A DNA stretch of 64,000 bases from the NCBI GenBank assembly GCA_963781585.1, contig CAWAGQ010000014.1:64001-128000 (forward strand). Reading direction: 5' to 3'. This DNA is from an uncultured Gemmatimonadaceae bacterium (lineage in GTDB: Bacteria > Gemmatimonadota > Gemmatimonadetes > Gemmatimonadales > Gemmatimonadaceae). Positions 38,985 through 50,605 of the stretch are shown in pieces. The translations under genes and the position numbers were made by a program. The first letter of the stretch is position 1. Every line of letters begins with the position of its first letter. The notes under the pieces were generated by a model. The model made no database searches, had not been told where the DNA came from, and worked only from the letters and a program-made list of their open reading frames with translations.

Positions 38985-39836
38985 TCAGGCGGGACCCGGG
39001 TTGCCGATATGTGCCAGGATGGCGTCCACCAGCGCACCGGGATTCTCCTCGGCGATCAGACGGCCGACTCCGGGCACGACCTCGATCCGGGCGTTCGGCA
39101 TCTCTTCCGTGAGGCGGCGCACGACTCCCTCCTGGCACCACTGGTCGGCCGTTCCGTGCAGGATCAGGGTCGGGTGACGAATCTTCCCGAGCACGACGTC
39201 GCCGAGGTCATTTCCCTCGAGTGCGCTGGCAAGGGCGAGAAGGTGATTTACGCCCTCCCGGCCGAGGAACGGCGCCACGTAGCGGCCTACGAGTCTTGGT
39301 GAGAGCGACTCGGGGTTGGAGACGCCGCTTTCGAGCAGCACCCGGATGAGCGGCTCGGCCCCGAAAAGTCCGCGAACCAGGCGCACCAGGTGCAGGGCGG
39401 TCTCGCGCTGCATGAGCCGGATCTGCGCCCCCGGAAGCTCGTCCGCCCACATTGGACTTATCAGGACGAGTCGGCCGGCCTGCGCGGGGCTATCGAAAGC
39501 CAGCCGCAACGCGATCAGCGTGGACGTGTCGGAGGCGACGATTGTCGGCCTGGAGACGCCAAGCGTCTCGAGAGCCGCCGCGAGGTATCGCGATTGCGCC
39601 TGAATGCCGAAGTCCGCATCGAAAGGGCGATCCGACGCGCCGTAACCAAAGAGGTCGAACGCCAGTGCGGCGCACTGAGCGACGGCCAATTCAGGGCCAA
39701 CGTGTCTCCACAGGAAGGAATTCGTGCCGAAGCCATGAAGCAGAACGACCGCGTCCTCGCCATAGCCGTAGCGCTCCACCATCGCGGCACCCGGCCCCAC
39801 CGGCACTCGAAAGGAGTCGTAATCGGGAAGGCGCAT
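38985..39836 (-). CDS. Alpha/beta fold hydrolase
   Basis: VVLLHGFG, DLFGYGASDRP, PTLILHGTAD. Nucleophile elbow (ASDTS) and catalytic His position (GVGRL) look atypical. Confidence 0.85.
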   Translation of the reverse strand: MRLPDYDSFRVPVGPGAAMVERYGYGEDAVVLLHGFGTNSFLWRHVGPELAVAQCAALAFDLFGYGASDRPFDADFGIQAQSRYLAAALETLGVSRPTIVASDTSTLIALRLAFDSPAQAGRLVLISPMWADELPGAQIRLMQRETALHLVRLVRGLFGAEPLIRVLLESGVSNPESLSPRLVGRYVAPFLGREGVNHLLALASALEGNDLGDVVLGKIRHPTLILHGTADQWCQEGVVRRLTEEMPNARIEVVPGVGRLIAEENPGALVDAILAHIGNPGPA

Positions 39837-40106
39837 ATTGGCGCGCGAAAGAGGACTGGTTGACCGGACCGGGTTCGGAAGCGACGTGGCGCGCCGGAAA
39901 TCAGCGGGCGGTGGCCGGTGCCGGCAAGCGGGTGTGCTGGACTCGCTGGGTGGTGCCTCTCTAACTTGCGCAGGAGTCGCGAGGGCAGCGGCCTGCGCGC
40001 CGGTTCGCGACGGCGGTCAGGTTTGCGCTGTGAAGACAGTGCTCCTGACGCCAGGCGTCCGGTTCTGGTCGCCCCGCGCGATAGCGCATCGCTGAGGCAG
40101 GGACGC

Positions 40107-40403
40107 ATGGCGGAGGAGACATACGACGAAGGCCGGGAACGCAATCTTGAGGCGCTGCTGCGGGCCTTCGCCGAGCGCGTCGGCGCGCTCGACCATGAGG
40201 GACAGTTGCTGGCGCATGCGGGAGAGCTGCTGAAGCTGATTGGCGACATTCGCAGTGAGCTCTTCCATTACGAAGTGCGGGTCACCTACGACACCCCGGA
40301 GATCGCCGAGAATCGGCGGATCGTATCCGAGGCCACGGACACCGACGAGAGCCGATGGGAAAAGACCGAATGGAGTCCCGACGAGGACGACGAGCGGAAG
40401 TGA
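40107..40403 (+). CDS. Small hypothetical protein
   Basis: ATG at 40107; stop overlaps the DsbA-like GTG. Confidence 0.75.
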   Translation: MAEETYDEGRERNLEALLRAFAERVGALDHEGQLLAHAGELLKLIGDIRSELFHYEVRVTYDTPEIAENRRIVSEATDTDESRWEKTEWSPDEDDERK

Positions 40404-41215
40404 AGTCGGGCGCAAAGCAGACGGCGCCGGGCGCGGGCGCGAAGCAGCGGAACGTGGTCCAGGAATCGTCGTCGCGCGGGAAGGGACCGTTCTACGTCGT
40501 GCTGGCGGTGATCGCGGTGGTGGCGGGGTCGCTGATCGCGTATCAGGCAAAGCGGCCTACCGCACGCGTGGTCACGATCGATCCGACGACGCCGTTGCCG
40601 GCGGCCCGTGGCTATTCGCTGGGGAGCGACAGCGCACCCGTACACGTGCTGGAGTTCGCCGATTTCGAGTGCCCGGCGTGCGAGCAGTTTGCCACGCTCA
40701 CCGAGCCCGACGTCCGAAAGCGGCTGATCGAGACCGGGCGCGTCCAGGTGCGGTTCCTGGACTATCCGCTCGACGTGCATCGCAATACGTGGGAGGCTTC
40801 GATGGCGGCGGCCTGCGCCAACGAGCAGGGGAAGTTCTGGGCCATGCACGACGCCCTGTTCAACAACCAGGACCGCTGGAACGGGGAGGCGACGAACCGA
40901 CCGAAGGGGGTGCTCAAAGGACTGGCGCAGTCGATCGGTCTGGATGTGCCCCGGTGGGAGTCCTGTTACGACACGCAAAAATTCAAGCTGGATATCGCGG
41001 CGAACCAGAAGGAGGGTGAGCGGCGGCTGGTGCAGTCCACCCCCACGTTCGTGATCGGCTCGAAGATGATTCCCGGGGCGCTCGGCTACGACACGTTCAA
41101 GGCATACGTCGACACGGCCCTGGCGTCGGGGGACACGGCTTCGGGCCTCCGCGCGCTGCCGGAGCGCGACACGGGTTTGCCGCCGCGAGCGCCGGTCAGC
41201 CCGAAGGGGTCGTGA
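40400..41215 (+). CDS. DsbA-family thioredoxin-fold protein
   Basis: TM anchor, G...APV...EFADFECPAC, V.STPTF. Confidence 0.92.
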   Translation: MKSGAKQTAPGAGAKQRNVVQESSSRGKGPFYVVLAVIAVVAGSLIAYQAKRPTARVVTIDPTTPLPAARGYSLGSDSAPVHVLEFADFECPACEQFATLTEPDVRKRLIETGRVQVRFLDYPLDVHRNTWEASMAAACANEQGKFWAMHDALFNNQDRWNGEATNRPKGVLKGLAQSIGLDVPRWESCYDTQKFKLDIAANQKEGERRLVQSTPTFVIGSKMIPGALGYDTFKAYVDTALASGDTASGLRALPERDTGLPPRAPVSPKGS

Positions 41216-41300
41216 GAGGCGCGGCCGCCAGTCGGCAGAGCGGAGGGCGCGGGCCAGGGCGACGGGGAGCCATGTTCGCCCGTAGTCGTTAGGCGGCCCC

Positions 41301-41735
41301 ATGAGCAAGCGAATGGTCGTGGCCGCGCTGGCTCTGGGCGGCGTCTTCCTGGCTGCATACCTCGCGCTCTACAAGGTCGGCATCATCGGCCAGCTCGTGT
41401 GCAGCGTGGGCAAGTGCGAAACCGTGAACACCAGCCGGTGGTCCGTCCTGCTCGGGTATCCGGTGGCGGCCTGGGGCGTGGTCTATTACGTGGCGCTGTT
41501 CGCGGTTGCCATGGCCGGCGTGAGTGACCGGTTCGCGAGCGCCGCCTGGGTCCCGGTGGTGCTGCTGGGCCTTACCACGTGGGGGCTGCTCTTCTCGGTG
41601 TGGCTCACCTACCTGGAGCTGTTCGTCATTCACGCCATCTGCGTCTGGTGCGTGACGAGCGCACTCATCGTGAGTGCTGCCTTCGTCGCCAGTCTGCTGG
41701 ACTGGCGTGAACGCGCGAGTGAGACGGCGGGCTGA
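41301..41735 (+). CDS. Vitamin K epoxide reductase (VKOR) family protein
   Basis: CSVGKCETVNTS.WS..LG.P, YLELFVIHAICVWC. Confidence 0.93.
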   Translation: MSKRMVVAALALGGVFLAAYLALYKVGIIGQLVCSVGKCETVNTSRWSVLLGYPVAAWGVVYYVALFAVAMAGVSDRFASAAWVPVVLLGLTTWGLLFSVWLTYLELFVIHAICVWCVTSALIVSAAFVASLLDWRERASETAG

Positions 41736-41755
41736 CCACGGCCGGATCGCGGGAA

Positions 41756-42205
41756 TCAGGCCGGCAGATCCGGTGCGGGAATGGCCTGTTGTGGCGATTC
41801 GCGGCGGCGTGTGATCGCGTAGCGTCCACCCCCGAGTAGTACTAGGGCCACCGCCACGCACAGAAGGAGAAACTCGACTTCGATGCCCCATCCGCCACCA
41901 TCCGGCTTGACAGTGATGATGTTGGAGCGGAGCGAGAGGCTGATGGCGGTGAGCATGTCGGCAACCACGACCAGGGCGGCCAGGCGTGGCCACAGTCCCA
42001 GGACGAGAAGCACCGGTGCGACGATCTCGGCCAGGTAGGGGCCGTAGGCCAGAACACCGGGCAGCCCGGCCTCATTCAGAAGGCGGACAATCCATTCCAC
42101 GCCGTGTGTCAGCTTGAACAGGCCGTGGAAGATCAGCACGACCGCCAGCGCGATTCTGAGCAGCAGTTTGGCTGCATCGGCGCGAGTGTCCGGAGAGTTT
42201 TCCAT
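41756..42205 (-). CDS. DoxX family membrane protein
   Basis: LLLRIALA..LIFHG..KL, E...LL.LGL..R.AA, G.G.YA. Confidence 0.88.
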   Translation of the reverse strand: MENSPDTRADAAKLLLRIALAVVLIFHGLFKLTHGVEWIVRLLNEAGLPGVLAYGPYLAEIVAPVLLVLGLWPRLAALVVVADMLTAISLSLRSNIITVKPDGGGWGIEVEFLLLCVAVALVLLGGGRYAITRRRESPQQAIPAPDLPA

Positions 42206-42294
42206 GTCGTCCACCAGATGAGAGTGCCGGTCCGGTGCGGCATGCTGGCGACGCCTCGCAACCGGCGCGGCGCGCGCCGCACCGGCGTCGCGGG

Positions 42295-44964
42295 TCACCG
42301 CGATCGTCCCGTTTCCGCCGCCTTCGGCGCGGCCTGGTCGAGTTCCGCGCGGATTGCCGCCGCGTTCCCGGACTGTCCCAGAGCGTCGTACTCCTCCACC
42401 AGATCCTTGCGCGCATATTCGAGCCAGGTGGCCGGAGGGCTGGACTGCACCGAGAGGTTGTCGTACCCCGCGCGACTCTCCGACAACGCATCCGCGTAGC
42501 GCTTCGCATGCACCAGGGTGCGACCGAGGCGGACGCGGGCGATGCCGATCAACTGATGACCGGGCGGAAGGACTTCGGTGTACCGTCGAAGGACGTCGCG
42601 AAAGACCTGCTCGGCGCGGCGGTAGTCTTTGCGCGCGTCGTACACGCCGGCCAGGTTCGACAGCGCGATGCCGATGTAGTAGTGCTTGTCGTGATAGACG
42701 GTCCGGTAGATGTCCGCCATGCGGCGAAAGTCAGCCTCGGCCTCGTCGAGGTTTCCGCGTTGCTGTGCCACGCGGCCCAGTTCATTGAGCGCCGAGGCGA
42801 CGCGCGGGTGCACGGTGCCGTACACTCGCTCCTGAATGGCAAGCGCTTCGCGGAGCATTCCCTGGGCTTCCGCCAATCGGCCCTGCGACACGATCGCGCG
42901 TCCCAGCAATGTGAGACTCGATGCGGTCTCCGGATGATCGTTGCCGTACCACTGCCTGACGATGACCACCGCTTCCCGGTCGTAGCGCTCGGCTTCCGCG
43001 AAGTGTCCTCTCTCGAACTCGATGGCGCCCAGGTTGAGCAGGTCGTCGGCGACGTTGGGATGGCCCGCGCCGTTCACCTGCCGGTCGATCCTCAACATGC
43101 GCCTGTTGAGCGAATCCGAGAGGTCGAGATGTCCGACGTAGAAATGCGAGTTTGCGAGTTCGGTGAGACTGCTCCGATAGTCGGGGCTCGTCTCACCGCC
43201 ATGCGCCGCGTTCAGGCGCACGGCCTCTTCGAGCACAGGAATGGCGGCGTTGTAGTCGCCGCGATCCTCGAGAACGCGGCCGAGCGCCGCGGTGGCCCGG
43301 GTGCGCACGGGGTGGTCCGCCGGAAGAGCGCGGCGGGCACGTTCCAGGGCGTCTCGGATGACGGTCTCGGCGGTGTCGTACTCCGCCTGGGCGTCTCGCA
43401 GGAGTCCGAGGGAAACCAGACTGGTGATGACGTCTTCACCGTCCGGACCGAACAGCGCACGTCGCCGATCGAGCGCCGTACGCAGGAGCGAGTCCGCCTG
43501 CGCGAGGTTGCCCAGCTGCTGGTAGATCCCACCGAGAGTCTGGTACAGCGCGGCCTGGACCGCGGGTTCGGCGCGGAGGCTCTGCGCCTCCTGCACGCCT
43601 CGATCGACCATGGTCACCACGCGCAGGCTCTCGGCCGGTCCCGCCGCTTCGTCTCCGCCCTGGAACAGGCTGAGCATGAAACTCTGGATGCGCTGAGTGC
43701 GCGCAGCCTGGGCGACGGCGGTGTTGCGGGCGGTGGCCAGCCGAACGGCATAGAAGGTCACCAGCGCCACGACCGTCAGGAACACGGCGGTCGCGCCCGC
43801 CAGCGGACGCCAGTTGCGCCGGACGAACTTGTTCACCCGATACCGCATCGAGTCCGGGCGGGCCTCGAGCGGTTCTCCCCTGAGGTAGTGATCGATGTCG
43901 CGGATGAAGGCCTCGACCGTCCGGTACCGTCGCTGGGGATCCTTGTGCATCGCGGTCAGACAGAGCACGTCGAGGTCGGCCCAGGCGCTCCCGCTCACCG
44001 CGGGGAAGCGCTGGCCGCGCAAGGTCGTCATCCGCTTCGCCGCCGCCGAGGGCTTCTCCGGATCCCGTTCCACGAGGATCGTTTCGGCTTCCGCCGGGGA
44101 GCGGTTCGACAGATCGAACGGGAGCCGTCCGACGAGCAACTCGTACAGGATCACGCCCAGCGAATAGACGTCCGTGTAGATGCCCACCGGCTCACCGCGA
44201 ATCTGCTCGGGAGCCGCATACGCGGGAGTCATCAGCCGGACCGCGGTGCGGGTCTGGTCCACCGGCGCCTCGGCGCTGGCAAGATGCTTGGCGATGCCGA
44301 AGTCGAGCAGTCGGATGGAGCCGTCCTGCCTGACGAGCACGTTCGATGGCTTGAGGTCGCGGTGGATGATCAGATGGCGGTGCGCGTGCTGCACGGCTTC
44401 GCCGACCGCACGCACCAGCGCCAGACGTGAGGCGACGGAGAGTGCGCGTGACTCGCAATACTCCGTGAGCGGCTCGCCCTGGACGTACTCCATGACAAAC
44501 CACGGCGTGCCGTCGGGCAGCGTGTCGGCATCGTAGAGTCGCGCGATCGAAGGATGATTCAGCTGGGCCAGCAAGCGCTGCTCGACACCGAATCGCTCCC
44601 GCCGGGCCGGCGAGAGCCAGGCGTCCCGGAGGATCTTGATCGCGACCAGCCGGTGGAGGTCAGCGCGCTCGGCGAGGTACACCACCCCCATGCCGCCTTC
44701 GCCCAGGACACCGCGCAGGCGATAGGGGCCGAAGTCCTCCGCCTGGAGTGACGGCGGCAGCGCGCCGCCCAGCATCTCGTGCGCCAGCTGGGCCACATCG
44801 CGGTCGATCAGCGAAGCGCCACGCGCGTCCTCCTGGAGGAGCGCCAGCACGTCGGCCACCACACCGGTGTCATCGCCGCACTGACCTTCCAGGAACGCGC
44901 GTTGCGCCGGCTCCGGCAGGTCGACCGCATCATGAAAGAGCGCCTGAATCCGCTCCCAACGCAC
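42295..44964 (-). CDS. Ser/Thr protein kinase with TM helix and TPR repeats
   Basis: LGEGGMGVVY, VAIK, HRDLKPSN, DFGIAK, YAAPEQ, DVYSLG, TM helix, TPR array. Confidence 0.96.
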   Translation of the reverse strand: MRWERIQALFHDAVDLPEPAQRAFLEGQCGDDTGVVADVLALLQEDARGASLIDRDVAQLAHEMLGGALPPSLQAEDFGPYRLRGVLGEGGMGVVYLAERADLHRLVAIKILRDAWLSPARRERFGVEQRLLAQLNHPSIARLYDADTLPDGTPWFVMEYVQGEPLTEYCESRALSVASRLALVRAVGEAVQHAHRHLIIHRDLKPSNVLVRQDGSIRLLDFGIAKHLASAEAPVDQTRTAVRLMTPAYAAPEQIRGEPVGIYTDVYSLGVILYELLVGRLPFDLSNRSPAEAETILVERDPEKPSAAAKRMTTLRGQRFPAVSGSAWADLDVLCLTAMHKDPQRRYRTVEAFIRDIDHYLRGEPLEARPDSMRYRVNKFVRRNWRPLAGATAVFLTVVALVTFYAVRLATARNTAVAQAARTQRIQSFMLSLFQGGDEAAGPAESLRVVTMVDRGVQEAQSLRAEPAVQAALYQTLGGIYQQLGNLAQADSLLRTALDRRRALFGPDGEDVITSLVSLGLLRDAQAEYDTAETVIRDALERARRALPADHPVRTRATAALGRVLEDRGDYNAAIPVLEEAVRLNAAHGGETSPDYRSSLTELANSHFYVGHLDLSDSLNRRMLRIDRQVNGAGHPNVADDLLNLGAIEFERGHFAEAERYDREAVVIVRQWYGNDHPETASSLTLLGRAIVSQGRLAEAQGMLREALAIQERVYGTVHPRVASALNELGRVAQQRGNLDEAEADFRRMADIYRTVYHDKHYYIGIALSNLAGVYDARKDYRRAEQVFRDVLRRYTEVLPPGHQLIGIARVRLGRTLVHAKRYADALSESRAGYDNLSVQSSPPATWLEYARKDLVEEYDALGQSGNAAAIRAELDQAAPKAAETGRSR

Positions 44965-45008
44965 CGAATCTATGGTCGCCTCCCGAGCCGCGCGCCCGAC
45001 ATCACAAG

Positions 45009-45542
45009 CTAGCGGCTGCGATGCAGCTCATTCGCCAACCATGCCCTCGCCGCACGCCAGTCGCGGAGGACGGTGGCCTCCGACACCTGCAGATACTCTG
45101 CAGTTTCGGCGACGTCGAGGCCGCCAAAGAAGCGGCATTCGACCATCGCGGCCTGCCGCGGACTCATCCGTCCCAGATCTTCCAGCGCTGCGTCGAGGGA
45201 CAGCAGTTCGTCCGACGAGGTGACCGCCTCGCCAAGGGAATCATCGAACGTGACGACAGCCAGCGCCGACCCTCCCCGTTTCGCCGCGTGACGCCGGCGT
45301 GCCGCCTCGATCAGCACCTGGCGCATCGCCCGCGCGGCGATCCGTTTGAAATGCAGACGCGAGGTGCCCGCCAGGTGCGGAGAGTTCGCCAGCTTGAGCC
45401 AGGCCTCGTTGACGAGAGCGGTCGGACTGAGTGTCGCGTTGGGGTCGTCCCGCCGAACGGTGGCCGCAAGGCGCCGCAGCTCCTCGTACGCGGTGTTGAA
45501 CAGGTGGTCGAGCGCCCGTCGGTCCTCCGACAACGCCTCCAT
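45009..45542 (-). CDS. ECF-type sigma factor, kinase-associated (ECF43/TIGR02999-like)
   Basis: YEELRRLA, TLSPTALVNEAWLKL, AMRQVLI, RFFGGL..E.A..L.VS.ATV.RDW..ARAWL. Start at 45542 or 45569. Confidence 0.92.
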   Translation of the reverse strand: MEALSEDRRALDHLFNTAYEELRRLAATVRRDDPNATLSPTALVNEAWLKLANSPHLAGTSRLHFKRIAARAMRQVLIEAARRRHAAKRGGSALAVVTFDDSLGEAVTSSDELLSLDAALEDLGRMSPRQAAMVECRFFGGLDVAETAEYLQVSEATVLRDWRAARAWLANELHRSR

Positions 45543-45846
45543 CCGCTCGTTTTCCCCTCCCTGGGTCATGGGCTGGTCGATGAGCCTATTGAGGTTGTGC
45601 TGGCGCAGCGAATTCGTCCCGGCGACAATACTCCGCGCTTCCACGCGCTCTGCGGTGGCGGTCGCTCTCCAGCCCGGCGTGGCGCCGGCAGCGGAAGGGA
45701 TCTGCCACTGGTGAAGGGTAAGCGTACCACGCCGGGACGGTCGGTGGCAATCAGTACCGTGGTGCGCGTTGCCGCCAAGCCGGAGTCGACAGCGAGCCGG
45801 CCTGGCCGCGTCGCCTTCGGAGGGGGAAGTGACTGGTCGTCGGCGG

Positions 45847-46509
45847 TCAGTAGTGCGGCGGCAACTGGGACGTGAGCGCCATTCCATGCACGACCGCGGC
45901 CATGTGCATGAGCACGTGTGAGACGATTGCGGCCAGTGGACTCCCCGTGAGCAGGTAGGCGAGCGTGATGAGCGTGTTGCCGATTACCGGCTGAACAAGT
46001 TGCGGTCCGCGAAACTCCGCAAAGCCTGCATGATACATGGCGGTGACGATCGCGCTGCCCAGCAAGGCCACCAGCCCCCATCGCCATCGTGCGCCGGGCC
46101 GCTGGAGTTCCTCCGTCGGCCTCGAGCCGTAGAGACTCAGCACGGGAATCACGGACAGGAGCAACGTATCGACCACGCCGTATACCACCCCGTACCAGGT
46201 GAGCGCCCCTGCGAGCGCCAGGCCGTGCGGTGAGGCACTCCCCGGTTGCGAGAAGACCTGGCGAATGAGGACGACGCCCAGCGCGATGCCGGCCACGACA
46301 CCCAGACGCCACAGGCGGGCGAGCTGGATGCGCGGACTGATCCGTTCAGTCCGTGCATACAGGATCACGAGGCCGCTGACCGCCAGCGTGTGTGGAACGA
46401 GGAACAGCGGGCGCGAGAAATGAAGCGTGCTGGAAAATACGAACGAAGTGGCGAAGCCCAGGGCGCCGGCGAGCAGCGTCCACCGCCAGCCTCTTGCACT
46501 TTGTGTCAC
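45847..46509 (-). CDS. Hypothetical integral membrane protein
   Basis: Multiple TM helices with His-containing segments (MYHAG, SHVLMH). Confidence 0.75.
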   Translation of the reverse strand: MTQSARGWRWTLLAGALGFATSFVFSSTLHFSRPLFLVPHTLAVSGLVILYARTERISPRIQLARLWRLGVVAGIALGVVLIRQVFSQPGSASPHGLALAGALTWYGVVYGVVDTLLLSVIPVLSLYGSRPTEELQRPGARWRWGLVALLGSAIVTAMYHAGFAEFRGPQLVQPVIGNTLITLAYLLTGSPLAAIVSHVLMHMAAVVHGMALTSQLPPHY

Positions 46510-46510
46510 G

Positions 46511-47035
46511 TCACAACCACCGGCGCACGCGGGCGCGATAGGCGTCGTAGTCCGCCGGGAAAGCGGCGGCCAGGTAGCGTTCCTCGCGCGTGATGATGGC
46601 GCGATCGATGATGAGCAGCACGATTGGCAGCAGCATCAGAGGCCACCAGGAGTCGAGCAGCAGGGTCAGGCCGAGGTAGAGCGCGGTGAGTGAGACGTAC
46701 ATCGGATTTCGCGTCAGGCGATACGGGCCGCTGGTCACCAGCGTCGAGGCAGGGCGATTCGGCACGATGGTGGTGCGTGCGCGGTAGAACGTGGCCATCG
46801 CGGAAAACGCGAGCAGACCCGAGACGACAATGAGGGCGAGGCCGGCGGCGTCGACCAGCCGCAGCAACGCCGCGTGAGCGGAGCTGGCGAGGGGCAGGGG
46901 ATGCGCTCTCTGTACGAAATACGCCACGAGGAAGGCGATGGCGAAGACAAAAGGCGGCGGAATGTGCACTCCGGCATGAGGTGGGGACGCTGGCGGGGGT
47001 AGCTCGATACGGCCGAGCGCGGGGCGCGACATCAC
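46511..47035 (-). CDS. Isoprenylcysteine carboxyl methyltransferase family protein
   Basis: LVTSGPYRLTRNPMY, EERYL...F..Y..Y..RVRRWL. Confidence 0.92.
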   Translation of the reverse strand: MMSRPALGRIELPPPASPPHAGVHIPPPFVFAIAFLVAYFVQRAHPLPLASSAHAALLRLVDAAGLALIVVSGLLAFSAMATFYRARTTIVPNRPASTLVTSGPYRLTRNPMYVSLTALYLGLTLLLDSWWPLMLLPIVLLIIDRAIITREERYLAAAFPADYDAYRARVRRWL

Positions 47036-47119
47036 GTTTCTCCCCGCGCGGCGGCGCGCTGACCAGGTATACTACCGTATGTGATGGTGGAGACCTCGAT
47101 TCGCGCAGGGAGGCTGGCC

Positions 47120-47347
47120 ATGGCAATCAGGAAATCAGCACGTAAGGCCGTGAAGAAGGCTGAGGGGCGAGCCAGGCAGGCGGGGAAGAAGGCGCAGACG
47201 ATGGCCCGCACCGTCGCCGATCGGGTGACCGGGCGCGCCCGGAAGCGGAAGAAGGCCAAGGTGGCGGCAACCATGGTAGGTGTCGCGGCAGCCGTGGCGG
47301 CCGGGATGGCTGCGGTAGTGACGCGCCGGAAGAAGAAACACCGGTAG
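47120..47347 (+). CDS. Small basic protein with a C-terminal TM helix
   Basis: RBS GGAGG, K/R-rich N-terminus, hydrophobic C-terminal helix. Confidence 0.7.
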   Translation: MAIRKSARKAVKKAEGRARQAGKKAQTMARTVADRVTGRARKRKKAKVAATMVGVAAAVAAGMAAVVTRRKKKHR

Positions 47348-47354
47348 CGGCGGG

Positions 47355-47741
47355 TCACTCGGCGCTGCTGGTGTGATCGGCGTCGGGGCCCGGGAGCCTG
47401 ACGAGCGGACGTTCCATGCCGTCCTCGATCGAGGCCGCCGAGCGAGACCGGCGCCGGCGGACCCTGGTGGGAACGAGCTCCTGGCCGAGTACCACCAGCA
47501 CCCTGGTGGCGACGACGCTGGCGAGGGGCTCCGGAATTCCCATGACCCGCACGTAGGTGTCGATCGCCCGGTCGTAGGTGAGGTCTTCCGCCAGGGCGTC
47601 GACGAACATCAGGGCATTCTCCACGTGCGCGTCGATGATCCGCTCCTCGGCCCGCGCCTTCGCCAGTCGCAGGCGTCGCTCCGCGGAGTCGTCGAGGTGC
47701 CGGCGAAAGATCGAGTCGGGGAAGAATCGGCGGAGGAACAT
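47355..47741 (-). CDS. Hypothetical protein
   Basis: Protein-like sequence with typical codon bias. Confidence 0.72.
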   Translation of the reverse strand: MFLRRFFPDSIFRRHLDDSAERRLRLAKARAEERIIDAHVENALMFVDALAEDLTYDRAIDTYVRVMGIPEPLASVVATRVLVVLGQELVPTRVRRRRSRSAASIEDGMERPLVRLPGPDADHTSSAE

Positions 47742-47820
47742 CGGCTCGCAGGCGCGGCTCAGCCCCGCATTCGCGGGGCGGGCCGCCCCTGCCAGGGGCG
47801 GACGCGTTGTCGTGCGGTCG

Positions 47821-49785
<1,965 letters not shown>

Positions 49786-49796
49786 CGGCTGAGGAA

Positions 49797-49831
49797 AGGT
49801 CGAGGGTCGAAGGCCAGAGGCCAGAGGCCAA
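49797..49831. repeat. Heptamer tandem tract, 5 units
   Basis: AGGTCGA GGGTCGA AGGCCAG AGGCCAG AGGCCAA, 12 nt upstream of the acs start; reverse complement resembles the 33518 tract. Confidence 0.7.
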
Positions 49832-49951
49832 AGGCGGATTCTGTGTCGCCGGTGGGCGATGTGCAACAGTCGGCGACCCCGGGTGACACCGGCACCGGGC
49901 GCCCCCCGTAGATTTCGGGGACACCGGATTGAACCGCCCGCCGGAGGAACT

Positions 49952-50218
49952 GTGGACCAGAACAGCGCAATCGTTGCCTTTGCCGGCATCGTCTGTGGCT
50001 CGATTCTCATCGGCACCGTCATCGCCACCATCGGCCGAGCGGTGGTGGCCCACCGGCGTGCGGGCGCGCTGCCGGACACGACCGTGGCGCGCCTGGATGA
50101 GCGTCTGCTCCACATCGAGCAGGCCGTGGACGCGATCGCCGTCGAAGTCGAGCGTGTCGCCGAAGCCCAGCGCTTCACCACCAAACTCCTCTCCTCCCGC
50201 GAGGCCCAACGCACCTAA
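49952..50218 (+). CDS. Small TM plus coiled-coil protein
   Basis: RBS GGAGGA, GTG start, [19 protein letters not shown]. Confidence 0.8.
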   Translation: MDQNSAIVAFAGIVCGSILIGTVIATIGRAVVAHRRAGALPDTTVARLDERLLHIEQAVDAIAVEVERVAEAQRFTTKLLSSREAQRT

Positions 50219-50230
50219 CGCCTCGCCACC

Positions 50231-50503
50231 ATGGTGGTCCTGATGCTGTTGGTCGCGCTCATCACGCTGATCGTCGTCCCGGTGGTCATCGTGAGCGTGC
50301 TGCGTCTGGTGACCGGAGCCGTCGGCATGCGGCGCCGGGCGTCGCCACCGATACCGGACGCAGTCGATGACCGCCTGTCGCGCATCGAGGAAGCAATCGA
50401 CGCCATGGCGATCCAGATCGACCGGATCGCGCAACAACAGCTTCTGGCCTCCGGTCGGCAGCTGCCCGCCGGACGAGGCGATCCGCCTGACGAGAGCCAT
50501 TGA
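50231..50503 (+). CDS. Small TM plus coiled-coil protein, paralog of the upstream gene
   Basis: TM helix then RLSRIEEAIDAMAIQIDRIAQ. Confidence 0.75.
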   Translation: MVVLMLLVALITLIVVPVVIVSVLRLVTGAVGMRRRASPPIPDAVDDRLSRIEEAIDAMAIQIDRIAQQQLLASGRQLPAGRGDPPDESH

Positions 50504-50605
50504 TCAGGCATCGGATCGGATCCGTCCGATGCCGGCACCGGTCGCCGTCCTTCCCCCGTGTTTCCCGGTCGCGCGTCTGGCGGTCGCGGCCTCGCCGGGT
50601 GGCGA

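Noticed and set aside
40400..41735. DsbA-VKOR pair as a novel system
   Set aside because: A well-known alternative to DsbA-DsbB for disulfide formation.
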